Below are positions 1-8,580 of a stretch of 64,000 bases of DNA, in pieces. The DNA is taken from IMG/VR virus record IMGVR_UViG_3300027759_003844, positions 45,178-109,177 of that record; one strand, written 5' to 3'. The number at the start of each line of letters is the position of its first letter. Positions within the stretch are counted from its first letter, which is position 1. The DNA is from a virus. Taxonomy: Duplodnaviria; Caudoviricetes. Below the pieces are notes generated by a model. That model was not told the origin of the DNA. It searched no databases and saw nothing but the letters and a program-made list of their open reading frames with translations. A program made the position numbers and the translations under genes.

Positions 1-163
1 CATTTGAAAATAACTTTAAGGCTTCTTTATCTTTTGTGTCTGTAGTAAACCAACTTGAATAATCTTCCTGTACCCCGCAAACATAATGCAAGTAGTCAGA
101 AACGGCTGTGTCTATGTCAGCAATGACACCATCAAGGTCTAAAACAATAGAATTATTTTTCAT
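1..163 (-). CDS. HAD-superfamily nucleotidase/phosphatase (5' part only, runs off the window)
   Basis: Manual translation from ATG at 163: MKNNSIVLDLDGVIADIDTAVSDYL..., with HAD motif I DxDGV and an AAGGA SD upstream; not in the ORF track. Confidence 0.75.
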   Translation of the reverse strand, partial: MKNNSIVLDLDGVIADIDTAVSDYLHYVCGVQEDYSSWFTTDTKDKEALKLFSN

Positions 164-180
164 ATATTCCTTTTGTTAAA

Positions 181-202
181 GGGCAGGGGTTTCCCCCTGC
201 CC
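181..202 (-). terminator. Stem-loop after SSB gene (probable intrinsic terminator/stabiliser)
   Basis: Minus strand GGGCAGGGG-GAAA-CCCCTGCCC then TTT; perfect 9-bp stem with GNRA loop, 12 nt after the stop. Confidence 0.65.
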
Positions 203-214
203 GATGAATAACAA

Positions 215-862
215 TCACCAAGAGTCTTTGTTAAGCTCTCCAGTAGTGAGGAATATTTGTTGCTTCTCATAAGAGAGTGTCATGTAAACACTTTCCAAAT
301 CATGCATTGGCAATTCTTTAACTGCCTTTGGCATTTCAGAAACATTCAAAGGAATTAGGCTATAGTTTGTGTCAGATGCTGACGATCCAGTTCGTGAATA
401 CTTATACTCACGGTCTGTGATTGTGCCAAACTCTTTAGCATATTCAATCAAAGTTAAACCAACATGTCGTTGATTAAATGTAGTGTCAAGAATTCGTGGT
501 TCCCAAACTCCTGGCTCTACTTCTACTACAATGTTGATTAGCAAGTGTGGCTTAGGCTTCCAAGCCTTGTCTGTAACTGATTGCTCAGTTGCCCAACAAC
601 GATAGTTAAACTTCTCAAACGAAGCGGTGGAGGCTACTCTCCACTTCCAGTTAACTGGCGATGTAACAACTGGTACTGAAATACCCGTACCGATCTCTTC
701 ATTATAATTACTTGCATCTTCGGTAAGCTCTTGGCGAAACCGAATCTTGAAAGAATCTCCTGATTGAAGAGTAAAGTATTTCTTAACTCCTTTCCCTGTA
801 CCCTGTGCAGGAATAACTGCTTTTTCAAGGTCTTTTAATGTTTTGATTGATGTAAATGACAT
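215..862 (-). CDS. Putative single-stranded DNA-binding protein (gp32-like)
   Basis: YFTL-x-SGDSFKIRF and SRTG-x4-TNYSLIP segments resemble actinophage SSBs; follows primase and helicase. Confidence 0.6.
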   Translation of the reverse strand: MSFTSIKTLKDLEKAVIPAQGTGKGVKKYFTLQSGDSFKIRFRQELTEDASNYNEEIGTGISVPVVTSPVNWKWRVASTASFEKFNYRCWATEQSVTDKAWKPKPHLLINIVVEVEPGVWEPRILDTTFNQRHVGLTLIEYAKEFGTITDREYKYSRTGSSASDTNYSLIPLNVSEMPKAVKELPMHDLESVYMTLSYEKQQIFLTTGELNKDSW

Positions 863-870
863 ATTGTCTC

Positions 871-1773
871 CTATATGATTAATTGTTTGTTTGTGATACT
901 GTCTTTTATTTGTTGTATATCCATTTCCCCAGGATCTTTATAACCCTCGGGAATCTGTGCTGCGTACAGTTCTTTACCGCAACAAGATTTTATTATAGCA
1001 CCTTTCATAGCCTGTCCTGCGTCATCATTGTCAGAAAATATAATTATTCTGTCAAAGTACTTTTTTAGCATTGTGACTTGTTGAGGTGAAACTTGAGCTC
1101 CTAGCGATGCAACAACATTGGGGTATCCAGCCTCATGCACTTTCATTGCATCAACACTTCCTTCTACTATTATAACATCACTATAGTTCTTGGCATTCTG
1201 TATATTGAACAACACTATGGCTCTCTTGAACCCAGTATTATAAAGATACCTTGGCTCTTGGTCGCTACTTATCGCCCTACCAATTAACCCAACAACCTTA
1301 TATTGCGGATTTCTTACTGGAATAACAATCCTATTTTTACCTTTAGAGAAGCCCACTTCAAAATGCGACAATGTGTCTAGCGAAAGACCACGCTCTACAA
1401 AAGGTAGCAATACTTGCTTGATATTATCGCTATCATAATCAAGAGCAATACTGTCTAAAGTAATTTCTTTTTCTGGAACAATCGGTCTGAACGCCCGATC
1501 AAGTTCATTCCTTAATGCCGAAGGGTCAAGCTTTACTTCACGACCATAAGACTTGCCTGTAATTTGTCGGTATAGTTTTTTGAAATTACCCTTTTCACCA
1601 CAGGATGGATTGAAACACTGCCATAGTCCAGTCTTTTTGTTTAAATAGAAAGAAGGCGTATTCCTGTTTTTATGAAACGGACAATAAAATGTAATTTCAT
1701 TACCCGACTCAGTATGAACATGGATACCAAATTTTTGGAGGAGATCCTTGATTTCAGTTTCTAAGTTCATCAT
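871..1773 (-). CDS. DNA primase (CHC2 zinc finger + TOPRIM)
   Basis: CPFH...WQCF-x3-C zinc finger; IVEGSVD and DNDDAG TOPRIM motifs; KDPGE. Start moved to ATG 1773. Confidence 0.93.
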   Translation of the reverse strand: MMNLETEIKDLLQKFGIHVHTESGNEITFYCPFHKNRNTPSFYLNKKTGLWQCFNPSCGEKGNFKKLYRQITGKSYGREVKLDPSALRNELDRAFRPIVPEKEITLDSIALDYDSDNIKQVLLPFVERGLSLDTLSHFEVGFSKGKNRIVIPVRNPQYKVVGLIGRAISSDQEPRYLYNTGFKRAIVLFNIQNAKNYSDVIIVEGSVDAMKVHEAGYPNVVASLGAQVSPQQVTMLKKYFDRIIIFSDNDDAGQAMKGAIIKSCCGKELYAAQIPEGYKDPGEMDIQQIKDSITNKQLII

Positions 1774-1951
1774 CAAAAACGATTGAGAATGAAAATATGT
1801 TTGCTTCTTTATCATAGTCAGTAATCAACTTTGTCTTTCCTGTAAAACCATACTTTGCCCTTGCTTCATCTTCCATCCAAGGTCTTAGTTTTGCAATTGT
1901 TTCTATATCTTTTGCAGTACCTGATATTTTAGCATCAATTAAATGTCCCAT
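1754..1951 (-). CDS. Hypothetical protein
   Basis: Fills the gap between helicase and primase with short overlaps; probable start MGHLIDAK at 1951. Confidence 0.6.
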   Translation of the reverse strand: MGHLIDAKISGTAKDIETIAKLRPWMEDEARAKYGFTGKTKLITDYDKEANIFSFSIVFDDELRN

Positions 1952-3156
1952 TCTTCTGCCCACTTTCCAGTCTCTAGATTCCATCTAAGATAAAAACCAA
2001 AATGCCCAGCTCTTCTAACCTTGCGTGACACAACCTGAAACACATCTGAAGAAGGTTCACGATGGATAGCTAACACAAGGTCGGCATCATAAGCTAACTG
2101 CTTACTCCATGCGACCTCTTCCAATTCGGGCGGTCTCTCAGAGTGCCCCTCAGCCATTGTAACTGCTGCAACATCTATGATAGGGATGTTGTTCTTCACA
2201 GCCATGCGCTTAAACGCTTTAGAGAGGTTCTTAGCCTTCTCTGTTTCAGTTTTAGCACCACTAGAATCATCAAACAAGCCGTGGTAATCAAGAATTACCA
2301 TATCTGGGTGATACTGATCAATCTTAGCCTGCACCATGTTCTGGTCTGCTGTTTCAAGACCTTCCGATGTTACAAGGTGGATGGCATGCTTGCCAGTGAA
2401 AGTAGCCTCTGCCCACTTCTCATACTTGTCTACGATAGCAGGGTTGGCTCGTACTAGATCGCTATTGGTGAAGTTACCCTCGCCGTTGTTTAGCAAAGTG
2501 TCTAGTCTTTGACCTTCCTGCATCTTATTCATTTCAAGTGAAATGATCAATGGTCTATACCCTGCCTTCCAAGCATTAACTGCAAACAATCTTGCAATAA
2601 ATGATTTTCCAACACCAGTCCAACCAAGAAGAACAATAAAGTCTCCAGGTTGCCAACCACCAAATGTTTTATCAATTACATGGATACCACTTGGCACACC
2701 TTGCAATTCATCACCACCACGGAGGGCTCTTTCTCTTAAACTATCTGCTCTTTCTTTCCAGTCACCAGCCAAGTCTGTATCTTTAAGGCTACTGGAGAAC
2801 TTGTACAGCCGAGATGTTTCTTCCATGAGAAAAGAGAGCGATTCTTTTGGACCTAACTCCCCAAGTATTGAGTGAGCTTTGGAAACAATAGTTCTTGTTT
2901 GATATGATAATGATTCTCGCTTTGCATCATCAAGATAATACTTCAAAGGCTCAGGAGTAGCGACAAACTCAAAGTCTGGGTGGTGATGCTTTACAGTATC
3001 CTTAGACGGAACCTTCTTATGTTCGTCAAAGTGACTGATAACAAAGTTCCAAATATCCCGATACTCAACAAACACATTTTCCGCACCTGCGTTTACTGCC
3101 TCGGCATAACCATCTTGATCAATAATGCAGTTGAGTAATCTAATCTCATAGTTCAT
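1939..3156 (-). CDS. DnaB-like replicative helicase
   Basis: Walker A GWTGVGKS, ISLEM, Walker B VILDY, YDADLVL, KVR motifs. Confidence 0.93.
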   Translation of the reverse strand: MNYEIRLLNCIIDQDGYAEAVNAGAENVFVEYRDIWNFVISHFDEHKKVPSKDTVKHHHPDFEFVATPEPLKYYLDDAKRESLSYQTRTIVSKAHSILGELGPKESLSFLMEETSRLYKFSSSLKDTDLAGDWKERADSLRERALRGGDELQGVPSGIHVIDKTFGGWQPGDFIVLLGWTGVGKSFIARLFAVNAWKAGYRPLIISLEMNKMQEGQRLDTLLNNGEGNFTNSDLVRANPAIVDKYEKWAEATFTGKHAIHLVTSEGLETADQNMVQAKIDQYHPDMVILDYHGLFDDSSGAKTETEKAKNLSKAFKRMAVKNNIPIIDVAAVTMAEGHSERPPELEEVAWSKQLAYDADLVLAIHREPSSDVFQVVSRKVRRAGHFGFYLRWNLETGKWAEEWDI

Positions 3157-3458
3157 TCAGATTCCATTCTCTTTTTGGTTTGTTCTACTATTTCTTTAAA
3201 AGCGTTGACAGACTTAGATTCAAATTTTGTTTTATCAACATATGATCTTGATTCTATCGCAAAATCAAATACCAAGAATGGTCCAGTCTTTGATTTTATA
3301 AATAATTGCACCGCATTGAACAACTCTTCTTTTTTATAAAATTCAGCTAATGCGTCTGCAACAGATTCCTGTCTTGGAGAATCTGGAATAAAAAGCTTAT
3401 TTGACTTTTTGCAAGATTCCTTGAAGAATTTTATTAGTTCTAGACCAGTTACTTCCAT
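3153..3458 (-). CDS. Hypothetical protein
   Basis: ORF in operon with ATGA overlap to helicase. Confidence 0.65.
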   Translation of the reverse strand: MEVTGLELIKFFKESCKKSNKLFIPDSPRQESVADALAEFYKKEELFNAVQLFIKSKTGPFLVFDFAIESRSYVDKTKFESKSVNAFKEIVEQTKKRMESE

Positions 3459-3696
3459 TAGATTTCTTTGACTCCTTCCAAGTAAGCATTAGGAAATCAT
3501 ACTCTGATATCCCTGCATTAACTCCGACATAAGGTTTATTTTCCCATGCATTCAAGAAACATTCTACTCTTACTTTGCATTGTGAACAGCCGTGCTTGGC
3601 GTATTGTACATCTTCAATATCATACGATAGCCAAGCAATTGGCTGTTCATCATTTGCACAAACTGCAATTACTCGCCAATCACTTTGGGCTTTCAT
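3397..3696 (-). CDS. WhiB-family Fe-S transcription factor
   Basis: W-x5-C...C-x2-C-x5-C spacing (AKHGCSQCKVRVEC) and GVNAG turn (canonical G[VI]WGG). Confidence 0.75.
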   Translation of the reverse strand: MKAQSDWRVIAVCANDEQPIAWLSYDIEDVQYAKHGCSQCKVRVECFLNAWENKPYVGVNAGISEYDFLMLTWKESKKSNGSNWSRTNKILQGILQKVK

Positions 3697-3892
3697 TATC
3701 TAGTTCTTGCAACTTGGCTTCAATCTGGGAATCAATTGAAGCCCAAACCTTCGCCCATGCTTCAGGGTCGTTAGGATCTGATGCCTGCGTTCGTGCGCCT
3801 GCATCAAGCCTTAGTGATTCATAATTACCAAGATTCTTGGTAATACCCAATGAAGCCCAAATTTCTGTGCCTTTTTCTTTATCTGTTGTCAT
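3680..3892 (-). CDS. Conserved phage hypothetical protein
   Basis: LGITKNLGNYESLRLD motif typical of small actinophage proteins; overlaps its neighbour. Confidence 0.65.
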   Translation of the reverse strand: MTTDKEKGTEIWASLGITKNLGNYESLRLDAGARTQASDPNDPEAWAKVWASIDSQIEAKLQELDNESPK

Positions 3893-3899
3893 AACATCC

Positions 3900-4334
3900 T
3901 CATCTATGAAGTTTGATTTTTTGATCTAATAACTTTATTTTATTACTAACCCCAATACTACTTTGAGTAATGGGGCGACCTTGTGTTCTTTGATTGAAAA
4001 ATTCAACCATTTCATATACTGCACTCTCATCATAATACCTCCAGTTAGAATAGCCTGGATATTCATCTCCAAACTTACTAGCGGAAGGAATTAAATTCTT
4101 TCTTTCGTATTTCCTAAGAGTGTCAGGTCTACGCTCAACAATCTTAGCAACTTCACCAACAGTATACAACCTTATAATTAAAATTTCCGATTGCTCATAT
4201 GGAATTGTTATAATTTCTTTGTTGGTTAGTTTTTCAATAAAAATTTTATTCTTGGGCTTAGAAATCTTTTTAATTTTGACAATAGACCCAGCGTACTTAT
4301 AAAATTTATTTGCGATTGGTTTCTTGGATATCAT
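3900..4334 (-). CDS. MerR-like HTH DNA-binding protein
   Basis: YTVGEVAKIVERRPDTLRKYERKNLIP...WRYYDE is a MerR HTH signature. Confidence 0.8.
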   Translation of the reverse strand: MISKKPIANKFYKYAGSIVKIKKISKPKNKIFIEKLTNKEIITIPYEQSEILIIRLYTVGEVAKIVERRPDTLRKYERKNLIPSASKFGDEYPGYSNWRYYDESAVYEMVEFFNQRTQGRPITQSSIGVSNKIKLLDQKIKLHR

Positions 4335-4524
4335 GGCGTTCCTCCACAGTTTTGAAATTCAAATACCGCAATACTTTATTTAACTTTTTGACTTCTACAT
4401 CAATTGATGTAGCACATCTCAAGCAAGTCAGGTCAATATAGTTTTTCTGGAAAGCATAATACTGCTGACCAGTAAACATACGCCCAGCACAATGCTGACA
4501 ATAGATACCAGTAGCTTTTACCAT
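4306..4524 (-). CDS. Zinc-ribbon protein
   Basis: CQHC...CLRC. Confidence 0.65.
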   Translation of the reverse strand: MVKATGIYCQHCAGRMFTGQQYYAFQKNYIDLTCLRCATSIDVEVKKLNKVLRYLNFKTVEERHDIQETNRK

Positions 4525-4525
4525 A

Positions 4526-5692
4526 TTAGTTTAACCAGCAGTTATACTCGGCTGTAACGATACCATTCTCAGGATGTACGAAATACAGTGACTGAGATGG
4601 TCTACCAGCAGCAGCAAGGACTTCTGCAGCATATGTATTAACTGACTCGGGGCTACCTGAAATTCTTAACTGAACAGTGTTGAATGTCATCTTGGTAGGA
4701 GTATGGAAGTGACCAATGAAGATATCATCAAAATCTTCATCCAATGCCCCGATCTTCCAGCCATACGCTTTCTTTTGGAAAGAGTGGAAGGCTGACAAAC
4801 TACCGAATTGATCACCGTGACAAAGCATTGCTTTGTAGTTACCGATTGTATCAACGGCGTACCAATGTCTTTCACCACGACCATCAGGAATCTTAAACTC
4901 AACACGCTTTTCTTTTTCAAACATTAATTGAGTAATACGATAAAGCATTCTGTCACCATTAGTCTCAGGGTCATGGTCTCGTCTTGCACGACCACCGATA
5001 GAACCATGATTACCAATAACACCAACAAATGTTACCTTCTCAAAATTTTCCAACATCTTGTTGATAAAATTCTTCATGATGCGTGGACCATCAACAGTAA
5101 TTTGTCTATACAAACCACCATCAACTAAGAATGATTGACCTGGAAAGATTAACTCACCTTCAATAATATCTCCTAAAGCCCAAATTCTAAGTTCCTTTAC
5201 AGGGTGATCTTTTCTTTGGATTTCTGTAAGTTGGATTACCTTCTCAGCAAAAAGCTCAATGCGCTCTTCGCAAACTTTAGAGTTATAGTCAGGGGTGACT
5301 TTAGCAAGTTGCCAGTCTGCTAGAACTGCAACAGCGACTTCTTCGCCCTTGGTTTTTCTATCAAGCTTTGGCTTGTTTACTGGTACATACTTAACTGTTT
5401 CAATATCTTCTTTTACAGCACGATAGATAGCACCAGCTAGATCATCACTCTTTGTTTTCAACTTTGTGTATTCGCTAAGAAGCTTGTTATAAGAAAGCCT
5501 CAATTCACTATCGCTTGACGGAATTGCTCCAGTCAATGGGTCTGGTTGAATATCAAACAATCCATTATCCCTTCTATGTTTACATAATCCATTAACATCT
5601 ATTGATTGACGACATAACTTGTCAGCGTATTTATGATTCGCTGTTTGTGGTTCAAACTCTATTCCACAACCTTCACCTGCACAAACTTTCAT
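4526..5692 (-). CDS. Calcineurin-like metallophosphoesterase (possible Mre11-like nuclease) with N-terminal Cys motif
   Basis: DWQ, GDIIEG, GNHG, HGD and GHFH motifs; start moved to ATG 5692 (AAGGAG SD). Confidence 0.85.
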   Translation of the reverse strand: MKVCAGEGCGIEFEPQTANHKYADKLCRQSIDVNGLCKHRRDNGLFDIQPDPLTGAIPSSDSELRLSYNKLLSEYTKLKTKSDDLAGAIYRAVKEDIETVKYVPVNKPKLDRKTKGEEVAVAVLADWQLAKVTPDYNSKVCEERIELFAEKVIQLTEIQRKDHPVKELRIWALGDIIEGELIFPGQSFLVDGGLYRQITVDGPRIMKNFINKMLENFEKVTFVGVIGNHGSIGGRARRDHDPETNGDRMLYRITQLMFEKEKRVEFKIPDGRGERHWYAVDTIGNYKAMLCHGDQFGSLSAFHSFQKKAYGWKIGALDEDFDDIFIGHFHTPTKMTFNTVQLRISGSPESVNTYAAEVLAAAGRPSQSLYFVHPENGIVTAEYNCWLN

Positions 5693-5744
5693 AAGGACTC
5701 CTTTGGGTTCTTTACAGCATATCATAAGGATATACTAAAAGTTG

Positions 5745-6170
5745 CTACGGGAGTCTTTTTTTAATAATTATAGCTTTTGATGCATTTTTCTTTTTAGTGT
5801 GAGGTTTTACTTTGTTAGCAGTTTCCCTCATTTTAGCACGATGAGTATCCGACATCTTATTCCCCTCTTTATGCAAGGCGCTATGCTCTTGAGGAGTACA
5901 CAAAAATAAATTAGATAAACGATTATCTACCTTGATTTCATTAATGTGATGGACAGTTTCCCACGGCTGAAGATACCTGCCCAAGTATTGCTCAATTACA
6001 AGCCTATGCTCATAAGTATAACCACGAATGTTCTTAGGGTGATCTGGTTTTAAAACCCGAACATACCCCTTATCGTCAATATATTTTCCACCGTTGTAAT
6101 TAGGACTGTCCTCTCCAGAAAGAAATTTGGTTGACCAGTCAATGTCTTTTCTTTTAGAAGCTAAACCCAT
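5745..6170 (-). CDS. HNH endonuclease (homing-type)
   Basis: YEHRLV...VHHINEIKVDNRLSNL...H HNH motif; NYNGGKYID-x2-GY N-terminal segment. Confidence 0.88.
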   Translation of the reverse strand: MGLASKRKDIDWSTKFLSGEDSPNYNGGKYIDDKGYVRVLKPDHPKNIRGYTYEHRLVIEQYLGRYLQPWETVHHINEIKVDNRLSNLFLCTPQEHSALHKEGNKMSDTHRAKMRETANKVKPHTKKKNASKAIIIKKRLP

Positions 6171-6179
6171 TTTATTGTA

Positions 6180-6854
6180 TTATGCAATCCCGCCAACATC
6201 TTCAACATATAGCTGAAGTGGAATGGTTCCACTAGAAACAATAACAGAATATGCTGGCAGGTTGGCTGTAGATGCGCCAGAGTTTCTATCCACAGCGGCG
6301 AAGAATGAACTATTCTGAAACCCAGAAACATTACTTGCTAAAACTACGGAGTACGATCCAGAACCAAACTTGGAATCATAAGCGTTATTACGCAAAGTGT
6401 TATTAGCAATTGTTGCGTTAGCCCCAGCTGAGACATCAATGTAAGTAAATGGTGGAGGAGTAAAAGAAAAAGTGCTAATAACAGTATTAGCCCCACCTGA
6501 AACGCCTGAGCGAAGAGTTAATATATAGGTGCTATCTTCAGCACCCTTAGTATCAACTGTAAAGCCTGGAAAGTTAACTGTTACCCGATAGTAACGACTA
6601 ACCCCGATAGTCACACGATTATCCCCACCACCAGTGCCAGAATCGTCTTTTAAGCTAATAATCTCATGAGCAGATTGGTAATCTTGGAATGGTCCAACTG
6701 TGCTAGTGACTGTTTTTAGTTTTTTAACACCTTGTGGGTTATCGTCAGTAGACTCTTTAACTTGTTGAATATTTGTAGACATTTGCTGAAGCCTGTCCCC
6801 TGTAATTGGGGTTCCATCAGTCCATGAAATTTGTGTATAGTTCTCGTAAGCCAT
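6180..6854 (-). CDS. Minor tail protein
   Basis: Last gene of tail block; W-x2-GTPITGDRLQQM N-terminus, LYVEDVG C-terminus. Confidence 0.6.
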   Translation of the reverse strand: MAYENYTQISWTDGTPITGDRLQQMSTNIQQVKESTDDNPQGVKKLKTVTSTVGPFQDYQSAHEIISLKDDSGTGGGDNRVTIGVSRYYRVTVNFPGFTVDTKGAEDSTYILTLRSGVSGGANTVISTFSFTPPPFTYIDVSAGANATIANNTLRNNAYDSKFGSGSYSVVLASNVSGFQNSSFFAAVDRNSGASTANLPAYSVIVSSGTIPLQLYVEDVGGIA

Positions 6855-6861
6855 TTATCTA

Positions 6862-8580
6862 TTATACCTTACTTTCTAGTTCTTTGACACGATTGTTTAG
6901 ATCATGTATAGCTGATATTAGATGAGGAATGAGAACAGTGTAGTCAACTGACGCATATCTTGGTTTTTGCCAAACACCCTCTCCAGGAACAAATTCATAA
7001 AAATCAGAACCAAATAGTTCCATTTCTTCTAATGAAAAACCTTCTGGATGTTCCGAATACCTGTGAACCCACCCCTCATATGCATAGTCATCAATTACGG
7101 CTTCAGGGTAAAGTATCTTTAACTCATCAGCAATAACTCCAACTCCACAACTGCGATCCTGCAACCATTGAGGTGCCTTTTCATTCCAATCAAATTCATA
7201 AGTATTTATAGAATAAAAATTATCTAATACAGATGTTGAAACATTTCTTATATTATCCTTGACTCTTCTATCCGAAGTTATTGTGTTAGTAATGGTACCA
7301 CTAACAGAAGCATCATTGTTTACAACAAATGTCAATCTTCCACCAGAGTTTCTCCAACCAAATGCCATTGGGAATCCATCATGTGTTAAATTTGTTGCAT
7401 TGTATTTCCAGCCAGATCCAGTAATATCAACATAAGTAGGTTGAGCGCCAGTTACTATAGGTCTTATACTATATGCGTAATGACGATTATCTGAATCAAT
7501 TGCAATATATGACCCTACCGCAAGATAGGCACTCGCATGCACACTGCCACCAGTTAAGTAGCTAAATGACCCACCATAGCTAACTTTCATTATTGAAGAG
7601 CTGATCTCTGAAGTCCAGCCTAGATAGTTGACTTCAAAAACATTTTCGCTAACACTTCCGACTGCAGGATATAATGCTACATATCTACCAGCAGTGTCAT
7701 TGTAGATACCATCAGAATCTATAGTCCAGGCTCCAATTGAACCATCAGCTGCATAAATAGAGCCATACAATAGGGCATTATTTGCAGATAGATTTCCAGA
7801 TGCATCAACGCTAAAATTACCACTTGATGTTGCGATTGAACCATCAGCAAAAAGTACAGTAGCACCACCACCAGAAGTTAGATCGCCATTAGAATCAATG
7901 ACAAGTCCTGGGGTAGATAGTGAAGATGCTTCAATAGTGCCCGATATATTTGCACCAGTTGCAGATAAGACTCCAGCTGCGCTAACACTAAAATTACCAT
8001 TTACAATTTTACCGTTGGCATACAATGCAAAATTATCGGCAGTTAGATTACCAGCGGAATCAATATCAATACCTGGAGTATGAACAGATGCAGCATCTAT
8101 TTGCCCTCTAATAAAGGTTGTATCAAAAACAGCTTGACCCTGCCCAGATACAGCCCAGCCAACTGTACCAGCAGTAGTGATGACACCATTGGCGAGAACT
8201 GTCCCATCAAAGTTATTACTTCTAATTACATTATTAACAAGAATAATGTTTGCAGATAATTCATTTGCTGTTAATGTACCTGTCACAATAGAATTTGCTT
8301 CAATTGATCTTGAAACAATATGGGCAGAGCCATTTACCACTCCTGGCTGAAGAATTATGTTGGCGGGTTTCAACACCGCATTATTAACTGTATCTATAAT
8401 AAAATTTTCAAATGAAACATAATTTCTTGTTTGGTCTGCAATACGAGAAGGATCTCCGAAAATGCCCCACGAAAAGTCAAATAAAGAATACTTAGATGTA
8501 TCAATAAAACTAGAGTTCTCTCCATCATGAGAGTGACCACCCCGACCAGGATAAAAGTAGATAGTATTTTCACTAGCCAT
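6862..8580 (-). CDS. Tail spike/fibre with C-terminal intramolecular chaperone (peptidase S74-like)
   Basis: Beta-rich repeats, then SDRRVKDNI cleavage motif, GVIADE, VDY and a C-terminal coiled coil. Confidence 0.8.
   Translation of the reverse strand: MASENTIYFYPGRGGHSHDGENSSFIDTSKYSLFDFSWGIFGDPSRIADQTRNYVSFENFIIDTVNNAVLKPANIILQPGVVNGSAHIVSRSIEANSIVTGTLTANELSANIILVNNVIRSNNFDGTVLANGVITTAGTVGWAVSGQGQAVFDTTFIRGQIDAASVHTPGIDIDSAGNLTADNFALYANGKIVNGNFSVSAAGVLSATGANISGTIEASSLSTPGLVIDSNGDLTSGGGATVLFADGSIATSSGNFSVDASGNLSANNALLYGSIYAADGSIGAWTIDSDGIYNDTAGRYVALYPAVGSVSENVFEVNYLGWTSEISSSIMKVSYGGSFSYLTGGSVHASAYLAVGSYIAIDSDNRHYAYSIRPIVTGAQPTYVDITGSGWKYNATNLTHDGFPMAFGWRNSGGRLTFVVNNDASVSGTITNTITSDRRVKDNIRNVSTSVLDNFYSINTYEFDWNEKAPQWLQDRSCGVGVIADELKILYPEAVIDDYAYEGWVHRYSEHPEGFSLEEMELFGSDFYEFVPGEGVWQKPRYASVDYTVLIPHLISAIHDLNNRVKELESKV

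Noticed and set aside
5745-6170. HNH gene as part of an intron or intein
   Set aside because: Free-standing between intact genes; no split gene or intein motif seen in helicase, primase or nrdJ
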